A stretch of 32,000 nt of DNA from Candidatus Nanobsidianus stetteri (GTDB lineage: Archaea > Nanobdellota > Nanobdellia > Nanobdellales > Nanobdellaceae), in the NCBI RefSeq assembly GCF_003086415.1, contig NZ_QEFP02000007.1, positions 1-32,000 on the forward strand. The letters run 5' to 3'. Positions 9,580 to 17,279 of this stretch are shown here, in pieces (positions within the stretch are counted from its first letter, which is position 1; each line of letters begins with the position of its first letter). The notes under the pieces were generated by a model. It was not told the DNA's origin. It saw only the letters and a program-made list of their open reading frames with translations, and ran no database searches. The position numbers were made by a program, and so were the translations under genes.

Positions 9580-10524
9580 ATGGATAAGGGGGTATTTATT
9601 ATATTAGATGGATTAGGTGATAATTTAATTAAAGAGTTAAGATATAAAACACCTTTGGAAGATGCTAAAAAACAAAATATTGATAAATTGGTAAGATATT
9701 CAGAATGTGGATTATTATATATAAAAGAAAGAGGATACATTCCAAAATGTATTGAAGCAAATTTATCATTATTAGGTTATGATTTTAAGTATAATGAATT
9801 AATATTTAAAGCATTGGTATATAAAGAATTAAAAGAAAACCAGTTTTTAGTTGAAATAGAATCAAAAGAAGATCCAAAAATAAAAGATATATACGATATA
9901 ATAAAATATAAAGATAATAATTACATTTTGATTTTTGATAATTATGATAAGGAAATAATTGAAAAATTAAAGAAATATAAGATAAAAAACAAAGCAATAT
10001 ATAAAGGTTTAAATAAAAAAGATTTATTTGAAAAAAAATACAAAGTAAAAGCATTATATTTATCTTCAAGTCCCATTCATTTATCAATTGCAAAATATTT
10101 GAAAATTGATTATGAAAAACCTTTGGGAACTACTGGAAAAAGTAATGAGAATTTATTTTCATTTTCAGAATATGCAATAGCAAATAGGAATAAATATGAT
10201 ATAATATTTATTCATATAAGGGCTCCAGACATATTATCTCACTTAAAAAATCCATTTAAAAAGAAAAAAATAATTGAAGAAATTGATAAATATTTAATAA
10301 AAAGAATAAAGGAATATTTTGATGCAATATTAATTACTGGAGATCATTCTACATCATCAATTAAAGGAAGGCATATTTCAGATCCTGTACCAGTTATGAT
10401 ATATTCAAAATATTCAAGATATGGTTTTGTAAAAAATTTCTCTGAAAGAAAATGTATAAAGGGAACTTTAGGGATATTGAATTCAAAAGATATTATAAAA
10501 ATATTTATTGATAGATTAAAATAA
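9580..10524 (+). CDS. Alkaline-phosphatase-superfamily protein related to archaeal cofactor-independent phosphoglycerate mutase (ApgM). It is shortened and divergent.
   Basis: FIILDGLGDN, YKTPLEDAKKQNIDKLV, NLSLLGYD, FIHIRAPDILSH and ITGDHSTSS..RHISDPVPVMIY match the ApgM pattern as I recall it (DGlgD; kTPLe.A.tPn.D.l; GSD.a.lsllGYdP; H....D..gH; taDHsTP...HsgdPVP). It is only 314 aa, whereas I recall ApgM as about 400 aa. Confidence 0.6.
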   Translation: MDKGVFIILDGLGDNLIKELRYKTPLEDAKKQNIDKLVRYSECGLLYIKERGYIPKCIEANLSLLGYDFKYNELIFKALVYKELKENQFLVEIESKEDPKIKDIYDIIKYKDNNYILIFDNYDKEIIEKLKKYKIKNKAIYKGLNKKDLFEKKYKVKALYLSSSPIHLSIAKYLKIDYEKPLGTTGKSNENLFSFSEYAIANRNKYDIIFIHIRAPDILSHLKNPFKKKKIIEEIDKYLIKRIKEYFDAILITGDHSTSSIKGRHISDPVPVMIYSKYSRYGFVKNFSERKCIKGTLGILNSKDIIKIFIDRLK

Positions 10525-11202
10525 TTATTGTCCTTGTTTAGCTAATTTTTCTAATAGAGAAGGATCTATTTTTTCTAATTCTTCAGGTTTTATTTCTGAT
10601 AGATCCTTTATATTTATTCTATCAGGTAATTTATCTGTTGGTTTTAATATTCTAACCTGAACTCCAATTACTCCAGAAGGTAATTTTGCATGTCTTATAC
10701 TTTTTCCAATTATTTTATTTAATTCTCCCGATTTTTTAATATATCCTTTCTGTTCTCTTATTGTAGATGATCTATCTCCAATTATTTTTCCAGTAACCCT
10801 TACTTCAATACCTAAAGCCCCAGCCTGCATTACTTGTTCCATTACTCTTTGCATAATTCTCCTTATTGCTCTATTTCCATATCTTTCTATTTGAGATGCA
10901 ATTAAATCTGCAACAATTTCAGAATCTAATAATGGATTTTCTACTCCGATAACTTCTATATTTGGATCCTTAACATTTGCAATATTTTCTACAATTTTCT
11001 TAATTTCATCTAAATTTTCATTTGCTCTTCCTAGAACTAATCTTGGTCTTGCACAATATATAATAACTTTTGTACCCATTGAAACCTTGAAATATTCAAC
11101 TTTACTAATTAATTTACCTTTAAATCTTTCTTTTAAAGTTTTATCTAATATTGCCTGTATTTTTTGTTCTCTTAAAAGTTCCTCTATATTTTTTGACGCC
11201 AT
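10525..11202 (-). CDS. rps3: 30S ribosomal protein uS3.
   Basis: Shows the KH-domain uS3 pattern (..KVIIYCARPRLVLGRANENLDEIKKIVE.., GALGIEVRVTGKI.., AKLPSGVIGVQVRI). It lies immediately downstream of uL22 and overlaps it by 19 nt, as in the conserved S10-type cluster. Confidence 0.9.
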   Translation of the reverse strand: MASKNIEELLREQKIQAILDKTLKERFKGKLISKVEYFKVSMGTKVIIYCARPRLVLGRANENLDEIKKIVENIANVKDPNIEVIGVENPLLDSEIVADLIASQIERYGNRAIRRIMQRVMEQVMQAGALGIEVRVTGKIIGDRSSTIREQKGYIKKSGELNKIIGKSIRHAKLPSGVIGVQVRILKPTDKLPDRINIKDLSEIKPEELEKIDPSLLEKLAKQGQ

Positions 11203-11759
11203 TCTTCTAATATTTGTTTAACAATTTGTTTTAAGCCTTTTCTTTTTAGTTTCTTGGAAGTATCTAATGATTCTAAATACAATCCATATATTTTAATGTG
11301 TGATGTTTTCTTATGAACAGTTATTAATGCTCTTCTTATTCCACTAGGACCTGTTTTTATCTTTACAACTCTCAATCTTCCAGGAAACTTATTTCCCTTA
11401 GAAACATTAACAGAAACAATTACAACTTTATTGGGATCTAAACCCATATTTTTTGCATTATTTTCTAAAGAATTTAATAATTTAATAAAATATTTTGAAA
11501 CCTTAACTGGATATCTTCCATATGGAACTTTTCCCATTACATTTTTATGGTGTGCTTGCTTTTTGTGATATCTATAATATGGAACTGCAATCTTTTTTTC
11601 AATAACCATTTCTAAATATTTTTTTGCATATGGTATTGTTAGATATTTAATAAATCTCCCAACCATTTCAGAATCTTTTCTTGATATAGGTAAATTAATA
11701 GATGATACAGTAACAATTTTTTTATTCTCCCTTAATAATGATACCAGTTTTGAATCCAT
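11184..11759 (-). CDS. rpl22: 50S ribosomal protein uL22.
   Basis: It sits upstream of uS3. uL22-like blocks include ISRKDSEMVGRFIK, AVPYYRYHKKQAHHK, AKNMGLDPNKVVIVSVNVSKG and GRLRV. It has a basic C-terminal extension. Confidence 0.85.
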   Translation of the reverse strand: MDSKLVSLLRENKKIVTVSSINLPISRKDSEMVGRFIKYLTIPYAKKYLEMVIEKKIAVPYYRYHKKQAHHKNVMGKVPYGRYPVKVSKYFIKLLNSLENNAKNMGLDPNKVVIVSVNVSKGNKFPGRLRVVKIKTGPSGIRRALITVHKKTSHIKIYGLYLESLDTSKKLKRKGLKQIVKQILEEWRQKI

Positions 11760-11801
11760 TTAGACATCTATATATAAAAATATTTATAAAACATATAATA
11801 T

Positions 11802-12197
11802 ATGCTAGATAGGTTTTTTGAATTATTTGTAATTGTCCTAGTAATATTTTTTATTACTTTATTATTAATGGAGAAAGTTTCTTATATTTATAATATTAAT
11901 GAAAAATATCAAATTATATATAATCAATTTATGGATGGGAGAGTTTTAATTAAAGAAATTACAGAGCAATATACTAATAATATTTGTAATTTGACATCAA
12001 ATAATTTTGATCCAAGTATAATGGATAATTTAGCAAGTTTTCCATATGAAATAATATATGAAAACTTAAGTAATACTAGCCAAGAGTATATTTTTAGTAA
12101 TGATAATATAACAAATATGCAAAATAATTATATAGAATTTAATAGGGTTTGTTATTATGATGGCTCATTATTCTTAGTTAGTGTATTAGTTCAATGA
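11802..12197 (+). CDS. Small pilin-like membrane-anchored protein, hypothetical.
   Basis: MLDRFFELFVIVLVIFFITLLLM is a single N-terminal hydrophobic helix, followed by an Asn-rich body with N-x-S/T sequons. It is the first of three overlapping ORFs; its stop overlaps the next start in ATGA. Confidence 0.4.
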   Translation: MLDRFFELFVIVLVIFFITLLLMEKVSYIYNINEKYQIIYNQFMDGRVLIKEITEQYTNNICNLTSNNFDPSIMDNLASFPYEIIYENLSNTSQEYIFSNDNITNMQNNYIEFNRVCYYDGSLFLVSVLVQ

Positions 12198-12538
12198 GAT
12201 CTTTTAGTATATCAATATTTATTGAATTAGTAGTTGTAATAATTGTTTTATATTTTATTTTAACTTCAACATATTATAGTAGTTTCTATATTAGAGGATA
12301 TAATAAAGAAGATCTATATGCATCATTGATATCAATAAATTATATGGATTTAAACAATACACAACAACTAAATAATAGTTTATATCAAATTGTTACAAAT
12401 ATTTTACCATATTATTATGTTGAAATAAATGGGCAGGTTGCATTTAATAATATAAATTTAAGTGAAGCAGAACAGGGAATTGAAACATTTTATATTATTA
12501 ATGGCTCAGTAGATTATGTAGATATATATTGGAAATGA
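12194..12538 (+). CDS. Small pilin-like membrane-anchored protein, hypothetical.
   Basis: The N-terminus MRSFSISIFIELVVVIIVLYFIL has the same M-R-S head plus hydrophobic helix as the ORFs at 1575-2033 and 12529-12813. It overlaps both neighbours. Confidence 0.4.
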   Translation: MRSFSISIFIELVVVIIVLYFILTSTYYSSFYIRGYNKEDLYASLISINYMDLNNTQQLNNSLYQIVTNILPYYYVEINGQVAFNNINLSEAEQGIETFYIINGSVDYVDIYWK

Positions 12539-12813
12539 GATCTCAATTTATTCTATTATATTTAGTTTTAATATTATTTATAACATTATACTTTATTTCA
12601 AATTTACAAAACAATTTCTATTATCAACCAAATATTGGTAAATATATTGCAGAAGATTTTTATGTTAAATTATTATTATATCCAAATTATTCTTCCACCA
12701 TAAATCAAACATATTATAATATCTGTTTAGAAGAGAATATAATATGCTATGATAATGGAACAAATATAATAGTTATAACTCAAAATTCTGAATATATATT
12801 AAATAACCCATAG
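12529..12813 (+). CDS. Small pilin-like membrane-anchored protein, hypothetical.
   Basis: The N-terminus is MEMRSQFILLYLVLILFITLYFI. It overlaps the upstream ORF by 10 nt. The last base of its TAG stop is nucleotide 1 of tRNA-Glu. Confidence 0.4.
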   Translation: MEMRSQFILLYLVLILFITLYFISNLQNNFYYQPNIGKYIAEDFYVKLLLYPNYSSTINQTYYNICLEENIICYDNGTNIIVITQNSEYILNNP

Positions 12814-12887
12814 CCCCCATCGTCTAGTCCGGTCCAGGATACGGGGTCCTCATCCCCGAGACCCGGGTTCAAATCCCGGTGGGGGCA
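12813..12887 (+). tRNA. tRNA-Glu (anticodon CUC), contiguous with no intron.
   Basis: Folds as GCCCCCA UC GUCU AGUCCGGUCCA GGAU A CGGGG UCCUCAU CCCCG AGAC CCGGG UUCAAAU CCCGG UGGGGGC A. The D-arm and 4-nt variable loop are as in archaeal tRNA-Glu. The anticodon loop reads U32 C33 C34 U35 C36 A37 U38, so position 33 is C rather than the canonical U. CCA is not encoded. Confidence 0.85.
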
Positions 12888-13252
12888 AATTATAATTTTT
12901 AATTGTAAATCTTGTAAAGTATTCAAAAACATAAAAAATTTTAGCTAATTACCCTTTTAGTAATTTTATAATAAAATAGAAGTTAGATATTTGATATCGA
13001 TCAAAGATTATGAATTAATAAGATAAATCATTGATTATAAAAAGATTTTAGATTAAGTGATGACAATTATTCTTGATACTGGAGCAATTTAAAATATAGA
13101 GAATTAAAGTAGTCTAAATTTTGGAACAATGAAAAAATTTAATAAAAAGATAATAAGTATTAAATGTCAGATATTGGTAATTTTTCTTAAGAGTTTGAAA
13201 TAAAATTCTTATAAATCATAAGATTTTAAAAAATTCTTTGAAATAAACTTTT

Positions 13253-14254
13253 ATGGAAAATTCTAATGAAAATATAAAATTCGGCATCTGTCCAGAATGT
13301 AAAGTAAGATATAATGATTCTTCTGAAAAGAAACTTGAACAATGTCCTTATTGTAAAGAATGGTTTTGTGAAAAACATGTAGAACCCAAATTAGTAATAA
13401 CTTGGAGTGCAATAGAAAGAACTAGAGATCGTATTTTAAAAGAAAAACTTTATGAAGAATGGAGAAAGGAGGGCGGTCATCCAGATTCTATTTGGACAAT
13501 GCAATATTTTGAAAGTTTTGAAATAAAAGAAAAAGAAGAAAGAGAAAAATTTTTAAAAGTTTTAGATAAGATAGAAAAAATGAAAAAAATTAATTTATAT
13601 GATAAATCTTCAAAGAAATTTCCTAAAAAAGGAAGGTCCTTTAAATTTCTATCAATAAAAAAATTCTTTAAATCAATATTTGGTTCAGAAAGTATAGATG
13701 GAACAGTTTTATTAGGACTATTTTTATCTCTTTTCTCACTCTTTCTTCCCTGGATTTCTATCTCTTTATATGGATACCCTATAGACATTACATGGGTTAA
13801 CATGTTTCAAGAATATATATTAAAAATTCAGGTGAAAAGTTTATCGAATAATATTGTAACTTCTTATGTTATAACTGTAAATTATCTTCTAATAGCTCTT
13901 CTTATTATTATTGTTTTAGGTTTTATAATTGTAATTTTTGGATTGTTACTTGCTAAAAATTCTATTATTTTTACGGGTTCGTTATTTTTAATTATTTCTG
14001 CATTATCTTTTTTGTATTATTTATCAACTTCTAGCGAGGTAAGCTTAGTTAGCTTTGCTGGAATAGGATTTTGGATTTTTACAATAAGTTCTATACTTAT
14101 AGCTTATGGCTCAGCAAAAAACGTATCAAAAATTGGAATTTTTTCATCTCTATTGATTGCTATTATTGTCTGTGCTTTTTTTCTATCGAATTTAGGGGTG
14201 CCATTTATCACAAAAATAAGTGAACTAATAAGAAGGTTATTCTTATCCATATAA
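13253..14254 (+). CDS. Zinc-finger (AN1-like Cys/His cluster) protein fused to a multi-pass membrane domain, hypothetical.
   Basis: The N-terminus is CPECK-x14-CPYCKEWFCEKH...GGHPD. A Lys/Glu-rich linker follows, then about 6 hydrophobic segments (LLGLFLSLFSLFLPWISI, LLIALLIIIVLGFIIVIFGLLL, FTGSLFLIISALSFLYYL, GIGFWIFTISSILIAYG and SSLLIAIIVCAFFLS). Confidence 0.55.
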   Translation: MENSNENIKFGICPECKVRYNDSSEKKLEQCPYCKEWFCEKHVEPKLVITWSAIERTRDRILKEKLYEEWRKEGGHPDSIWTMQYFESFEIKEKEEREKFLKVLDKIEKMKKINLYDKSSKKFPKKGRSFKFLSIKKFFKSIFGSESIDGTVLLGLFLSLFSLFLPWISISLYGYPIDITWVNMFQEYILKIQVKSLSNNIVTSYVITVNYLLIALLIIIVLGFIIVIFGLLLAKNSIIFTGSLFLIISALSFLYYLSTSSEVSLVSFAGIGFWIFTISSILIAYGSAKNVSKIGIFSSLLIAIIVCAFFLSNLGVPFITKISELIRRLFLSI

Positions 14255-14597
14255 AGAGGTAAAGTCCTTAATAGAAAATAATATAAGATATTACTTGGAG
14301 ACTCTAGATGTTATCGAATGTTTTTATGGTTTTGTTCTCGATTTAAATAAATTGCAAGTCATTTCAATTAATTTGGACCAATTGATAAATATGCTAAAAC
14401 TTTATGCCAATAATTTATCATAAAACTATTCATTTAGAAAATTATTAAGATTTTAAATATTTTGATTGCTGATTTGTAAATAAAATTTTTATTAATCTAT
14501 TACAGATACTAAATTTATGTTCTAGATTTTTATCAAATTTTATGTAATTTTCTTATTAAACCTAATATTTTTATAAAATATAAATTAAGAAAAAATT

Positions 14598-14801
14598 TTA
14601 TTGTCCAGCCCAAACATATTTTCCACCTTGTTCCTTTATCATCCCTTTATTTACGTATCTTGTAATTAATGCTTTTACAACTGCTGGTTTCTTTCCTAAT
14701 TTATTTGCTATTTGTTGTGCTACTTTATCTACTTCATCCTTTGATACACCCTTTTTGAATGCAGCTTCTATTTCTGCTCTTAATTGAGATGGTGTTGCCA
14801 T
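14598..14801 (-). CDS. Small basic protein (67 aa) with a probable winged-helix-like C-terminus. Function unknown; possibly nucleic-acid-binding or ribosome-associated.
   Basis: Sequence: MATPSQLRAEIEAAFKKGVSKDEVDKVAQQIANKLGKKPAVVKALITRYVNKGMIKEQGGKYVWAGQ. It is helical, then has a G.I....g.y.. hairpin reminiscent of wHTH wings (eS25-like). It is rich in Ala, Lys, Val, Gln and Gly, unlike its Asn/Ile-rich neighbours. It has its own upstream TTTATAAAA element. Confidence 0.5.
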   Translation of the reverse strand: MATPSQLRAEIEAAFKKGVSKDEVDKVAQQIANKLGKKPAVVKALITRYVNKGMIKEQGGKYVWAGQ

Positions 14802-14853
14802 AAAGAATATATAGGTGAAATGATTATAAACTTTAAATAAAAAATTTTATAAA

Positions 14854-15324
14854 CTATTTATTTAAAACCTCTTTTTCATTCTTTAATATTCCTAAATCCT
14901 TAAGATAAATTAAAATAGCTCTTTTGCTCTTAAACTCATTACTTTTAGCTCTTTTATATAAATCTCTATATAACTTTTTATCAATTATGCTCTTCTCTTT
15001 TAATTCTCTTAATAAATTCCTTATTGCCCTTATTCTTTTAATCCAGCTTTCTTTCTTGTCCAATCTAGCTTTTCTACCTCCTTTTCTAGATCCTGACCCT
15101 CTTCTCCTTCCTTTTTTCTTCTGTTCTTTAATATAATTTGCCCATGTTCTAGATTGACCTCTAACTTGTTTTACTCTTATTATTCCTTTATCAATTAAAT
15201 CTAAAACATCAGATCTGCTTAAAGCTTTAGATACATCCTGTATTTTATTTGGATCTATCCATATTCTATCTTTTCCAACACCAAGGATTTCAGATGCTAA
15301 TTTCTTTTGTAATGATAGATCCAT
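14854..15324 (-). CDS. rpl19e: 50S ribosomal protein eL19.
   Basis: LQKKLASEILGVGKDRIWIDPNKIQDVSKALSRSDVLDLIDKGIIRVK..RGQSR...KGRRRGSGSRKGGRKARL is the canonical L19e N-terminal pattern. Its ATG overlaps the uL15 stop in TAATG. Confidence 0.9.
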   Translation of the reverse strand: MDLSLQKKLASEILGVGKDRIWIDPNKIQDVSKALSRSDVLDLIDKGIIRVKQVRGQSRTWANYIKEQKKKGRRRGSGSRKGGRKARLDKKESWIKRIRAIRNLLRELKEKSIIDKKLYRDLYKRAKSNEFKSKRAILIYLKDLGILKNEKEVLNK

Positions 15325-15770
15325 TATTTAATTATTACCTCTCCACCAATGTTTTTAACCTTTTCTATTGCCCCTTCTGATGCTTCTCTTACATATATTT
15401 TCATTTTCTTGCTAATTTTTCCAGCACCCAATAATTTATCAACGCCTATTTCATCTAAATCTATTACATAATATTCCCCATCATTTTTTATTATCCCCTC
15501 AGATAATAAATAATCGAAATATTCTTCTATATCTCCTAAATTAATTATGGACTTTTCAATATTATATTTAATACTTGTAAATCCTTTTTTATCCTCAAAT
15601 CTTTCCGGATATTCTTTAATTAACTTAATATATTTCTGTTTCTTAAACCTCCATCCAGAGAAACCTGAACCACCCTTATTACCCTTACCTCTATTTCTAT
15701 CATTATACCCTCTTCTAGCATATCTTTGTCCAAGGTATTTCCTATATTTTCTTTTCCTGTGAGCGACCAT
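15324..15770 (-). CDS. rpl15: 50S ribosomal protein uL15.
   Basis: The Gly/Arg-rich N-terminus HRKRKYRKYLGQRYARRGYNDRNRGKGNKGGSGFSG is followed by LGAGKISKKMKIYVREASEGAIEKVKNIGGEV, the typical uL15 C-terminus. Confidence 0.85.
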   Translation of the reverse strand: MVAHRKRKYRKYLGQRYARRGYNDRNRGKGNKGGSGFSGWRFKKQKYIKLIKEYPERFEDKKGFTSIKYNIEKSIINLGDIEEYFDYLLSEGIIKNDGEYYVIDLDEIGVDKLLGAGKISKKMKIYVREASEGAIEKVKNIGGEVIIK

Positions 15771-15813
15771 AGATAACCAAATATTTTATTAAACAATTTT
15801 TAAATTTAATATA

Positions 15814-17103
15814 ATGTATAATTTACCATCAGGATTAAGAGATTTTCCCACCGAAATAAAAATATTAAGAAATAAAATATTTAGTAAAATAGAAGAAATA
15901 TTTAAAAGATTTGGATTTGATCCAATAGAAACTCCAACAATAGAATATTGGGATACATTAAAAGGGAAATATGGAGAAGAGGCAGAAAATAAATTAATAT
16001 GGAGATTTAAATTACCATATTCTGATAAAGAATATGCATTAAGATATGATCAAACAGTACCTTTAGCAAGATTTTTTTCAAATCATAGACCAGCTTTGCC
16101 ATTTAAGAGATATGTAATAGATAAATCTTATAGATATGAAAATCCACAAAGGGGAAGGTATAGGGAATTTTATCAGGCAGATTTTGATATAATAGGGTCA
16201 AAAAATCCAGAATCTGATGCAGAGATATTAAATATTGTAAATTTTATATTTAAGGAATTCAATTTTTCTAATTATAAGATTATAATAAATGATAGAGAAT
16301 TCTTAAGATTTATTTTTGAAAAAAATTTAAATATAAATGAAGAAAAAATAAAGAAAGTATATACAATAATAGATAAGTTAGATAAAATTGGAATAGAAAA
16401 TGTAAAGAGAGAATTAAATAATGTTGTTGGAGAATTATCTGATAAAATTGTTGAAATAATATCATTAAAGAACCAGGAAGTAATTGATTATTTATCAAAA
16501 TATGAGGAAATATCAAAAGAAATAAATTACTTTAATAACATTTTAGATCTATTAAATGATAAAAGTAAAATAGAAATAAATTTATCTTTAGTAAGAGGTT
16601 TAGATTATTATACAGGTATGATATATGAAGCTATTGTTGAAAAACCAAAAATTGGATCTTTGTCTGGAGGGGGAAGATATGATAATTTATTAAAATTATT
16701 TACAAATGAAGAAATACCTGCTGTTGGAGGAAGTATTGGGGTAGAAAGATTAATTGATGCGGGAATAGAATTGGGAATATTTAAGATTGATAAAAAAACA
16801 TATACAGAAATATGTGTAATATATTTTGAAGATACATTTAAGGATGCATGGAATATATGTAATAAATTGAGAGAAATTGGATTAAACTGTTATATTGATT
16901 TAATGAGAAGAGATTTTAATAAGCAAATAAAATATGCAGTAGATAAAGATATAAGGTTCTTATTAATTGTTGGAAAGAAAGAATTATCGGAGAATAGTGT
17001 TTTACTACAAGATAGGTATACAAAGGAAAGAATCAAAATTTCGATCAATAATTTGGAAGATATCTACAGAATAGTAAAAAATAGGATTGAAAATAGTTAT
17101 TGA
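15814..17103 (+). CDS. hisS: Histidyl-tRNA synthetase.
   Basis: Class II motifs and HisRS signatures are present: GLRDFPTE, FDPIETPTIE, LRYDQTVPLARF, YRYENPQRGRYREFYQADFDIIG, GLDYYTG, GGGRYDNL and GGSIGVERL. A C-terminal anticodon-binding domain follows. Confidence 0.95.
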   Translation: MYNLPSGLRDFPTEIKILRNKIFSKIEEIFKRFGFDPIETPTIEYWDTLKGKYGEEAENKLIWRFKLPYSDKEYALRYDQTVPLARFFSNHRPALPFKRYVIDKSYRYENPQRGRYREFYQADFDIIGSKNPESDAEILNIVNFIFKEFNFSNYKIIINDREFLRFIFEKNLNINEEKIKKVYTIIDKLDKIGIENVKRELNNVVGELSDKIVEIISLKNQEVIDYLSKYEEISKEINYFNNILDLLNDKSKIEINLSLVRGLDYYTGMIYEAIVEKPKIGSLSGGGRYDNLLKLFTNEEIPAVGGSIGVERLIDAGIELGIFKIDKKTYTEICVIYFEDTFKDAWNICNKLREIGLNCYIDLMRRDFNKQIKYAVDKDIRFLLIVGKKELSENSVLLQDRYTKERIKISINNLEDIYRIVKNRIENSY

Positions 17104-17181
17104 TAGGTTATTAATATTATAAATATTTTTTATTAGGATAAAGAAAATCTTAAAAATTCTATTTATAAAATTTATTAAAAA

Positions 17182-17279
17182 TAAAATTTATAAATTTCAA
17201 AAGCGTATATATAAAGCTCATTTTATGCAAAAATAAAAATGGTGGTTATATATTACTACTTTGAAATTTATAAATTTTA
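17182..17279. repeat. Perfect 20-bp inverted repeat with a 58-nt spacer, between the convergent hisS and glycosyltransferase genes.
   Basis: TAAAATTTATAAATTTCAAA (17182-17201) is the exact reverse complement of TTTGAAATTTATAAATTTTA (17260-17279). The 14-nt core AAATTTATAAATTT is itself palindromic. The right arm covers the stop codon of the 17277..18335 gene. Confidence 0.8.

Noticed and set aside
9489-9740. An 83-aa minus-strand ORF.
   Set aside because: Its C-terminal part is read through tRNA-Leu (9457-9540). The rest is antisense to the ApgM-like gene. It has no coding signature.
13057-13100. A C/D-box sRNA suggested by GUGAUGA at 13057-13063.
   Set aside because: No D or D' box (CUGA) lies at the required spacing, there is no terminal pairing, and the region is not G+C-enriched like the other stable RNAs here.
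12888-14597. Possible att-like direct repeats flanking the Zn-finger membrane gene; a shared 12-mer TAAGATTTTAAA occurs in both spacers.
   Set aside because: A 12-nt AT-only match between two ~350-nt AT-rich spacers is within chance expectation. Neither copy resembles the 3' end of tRNA-Glu.
17104-17276. Small ORFs in the hisS/glycosyltransferase intergenic region (19-38 codons on either strand).
   Set aside because: They are too short and of low complexity. They overlap the inverted repeat or run antisense into the glycosyltransferase gene.
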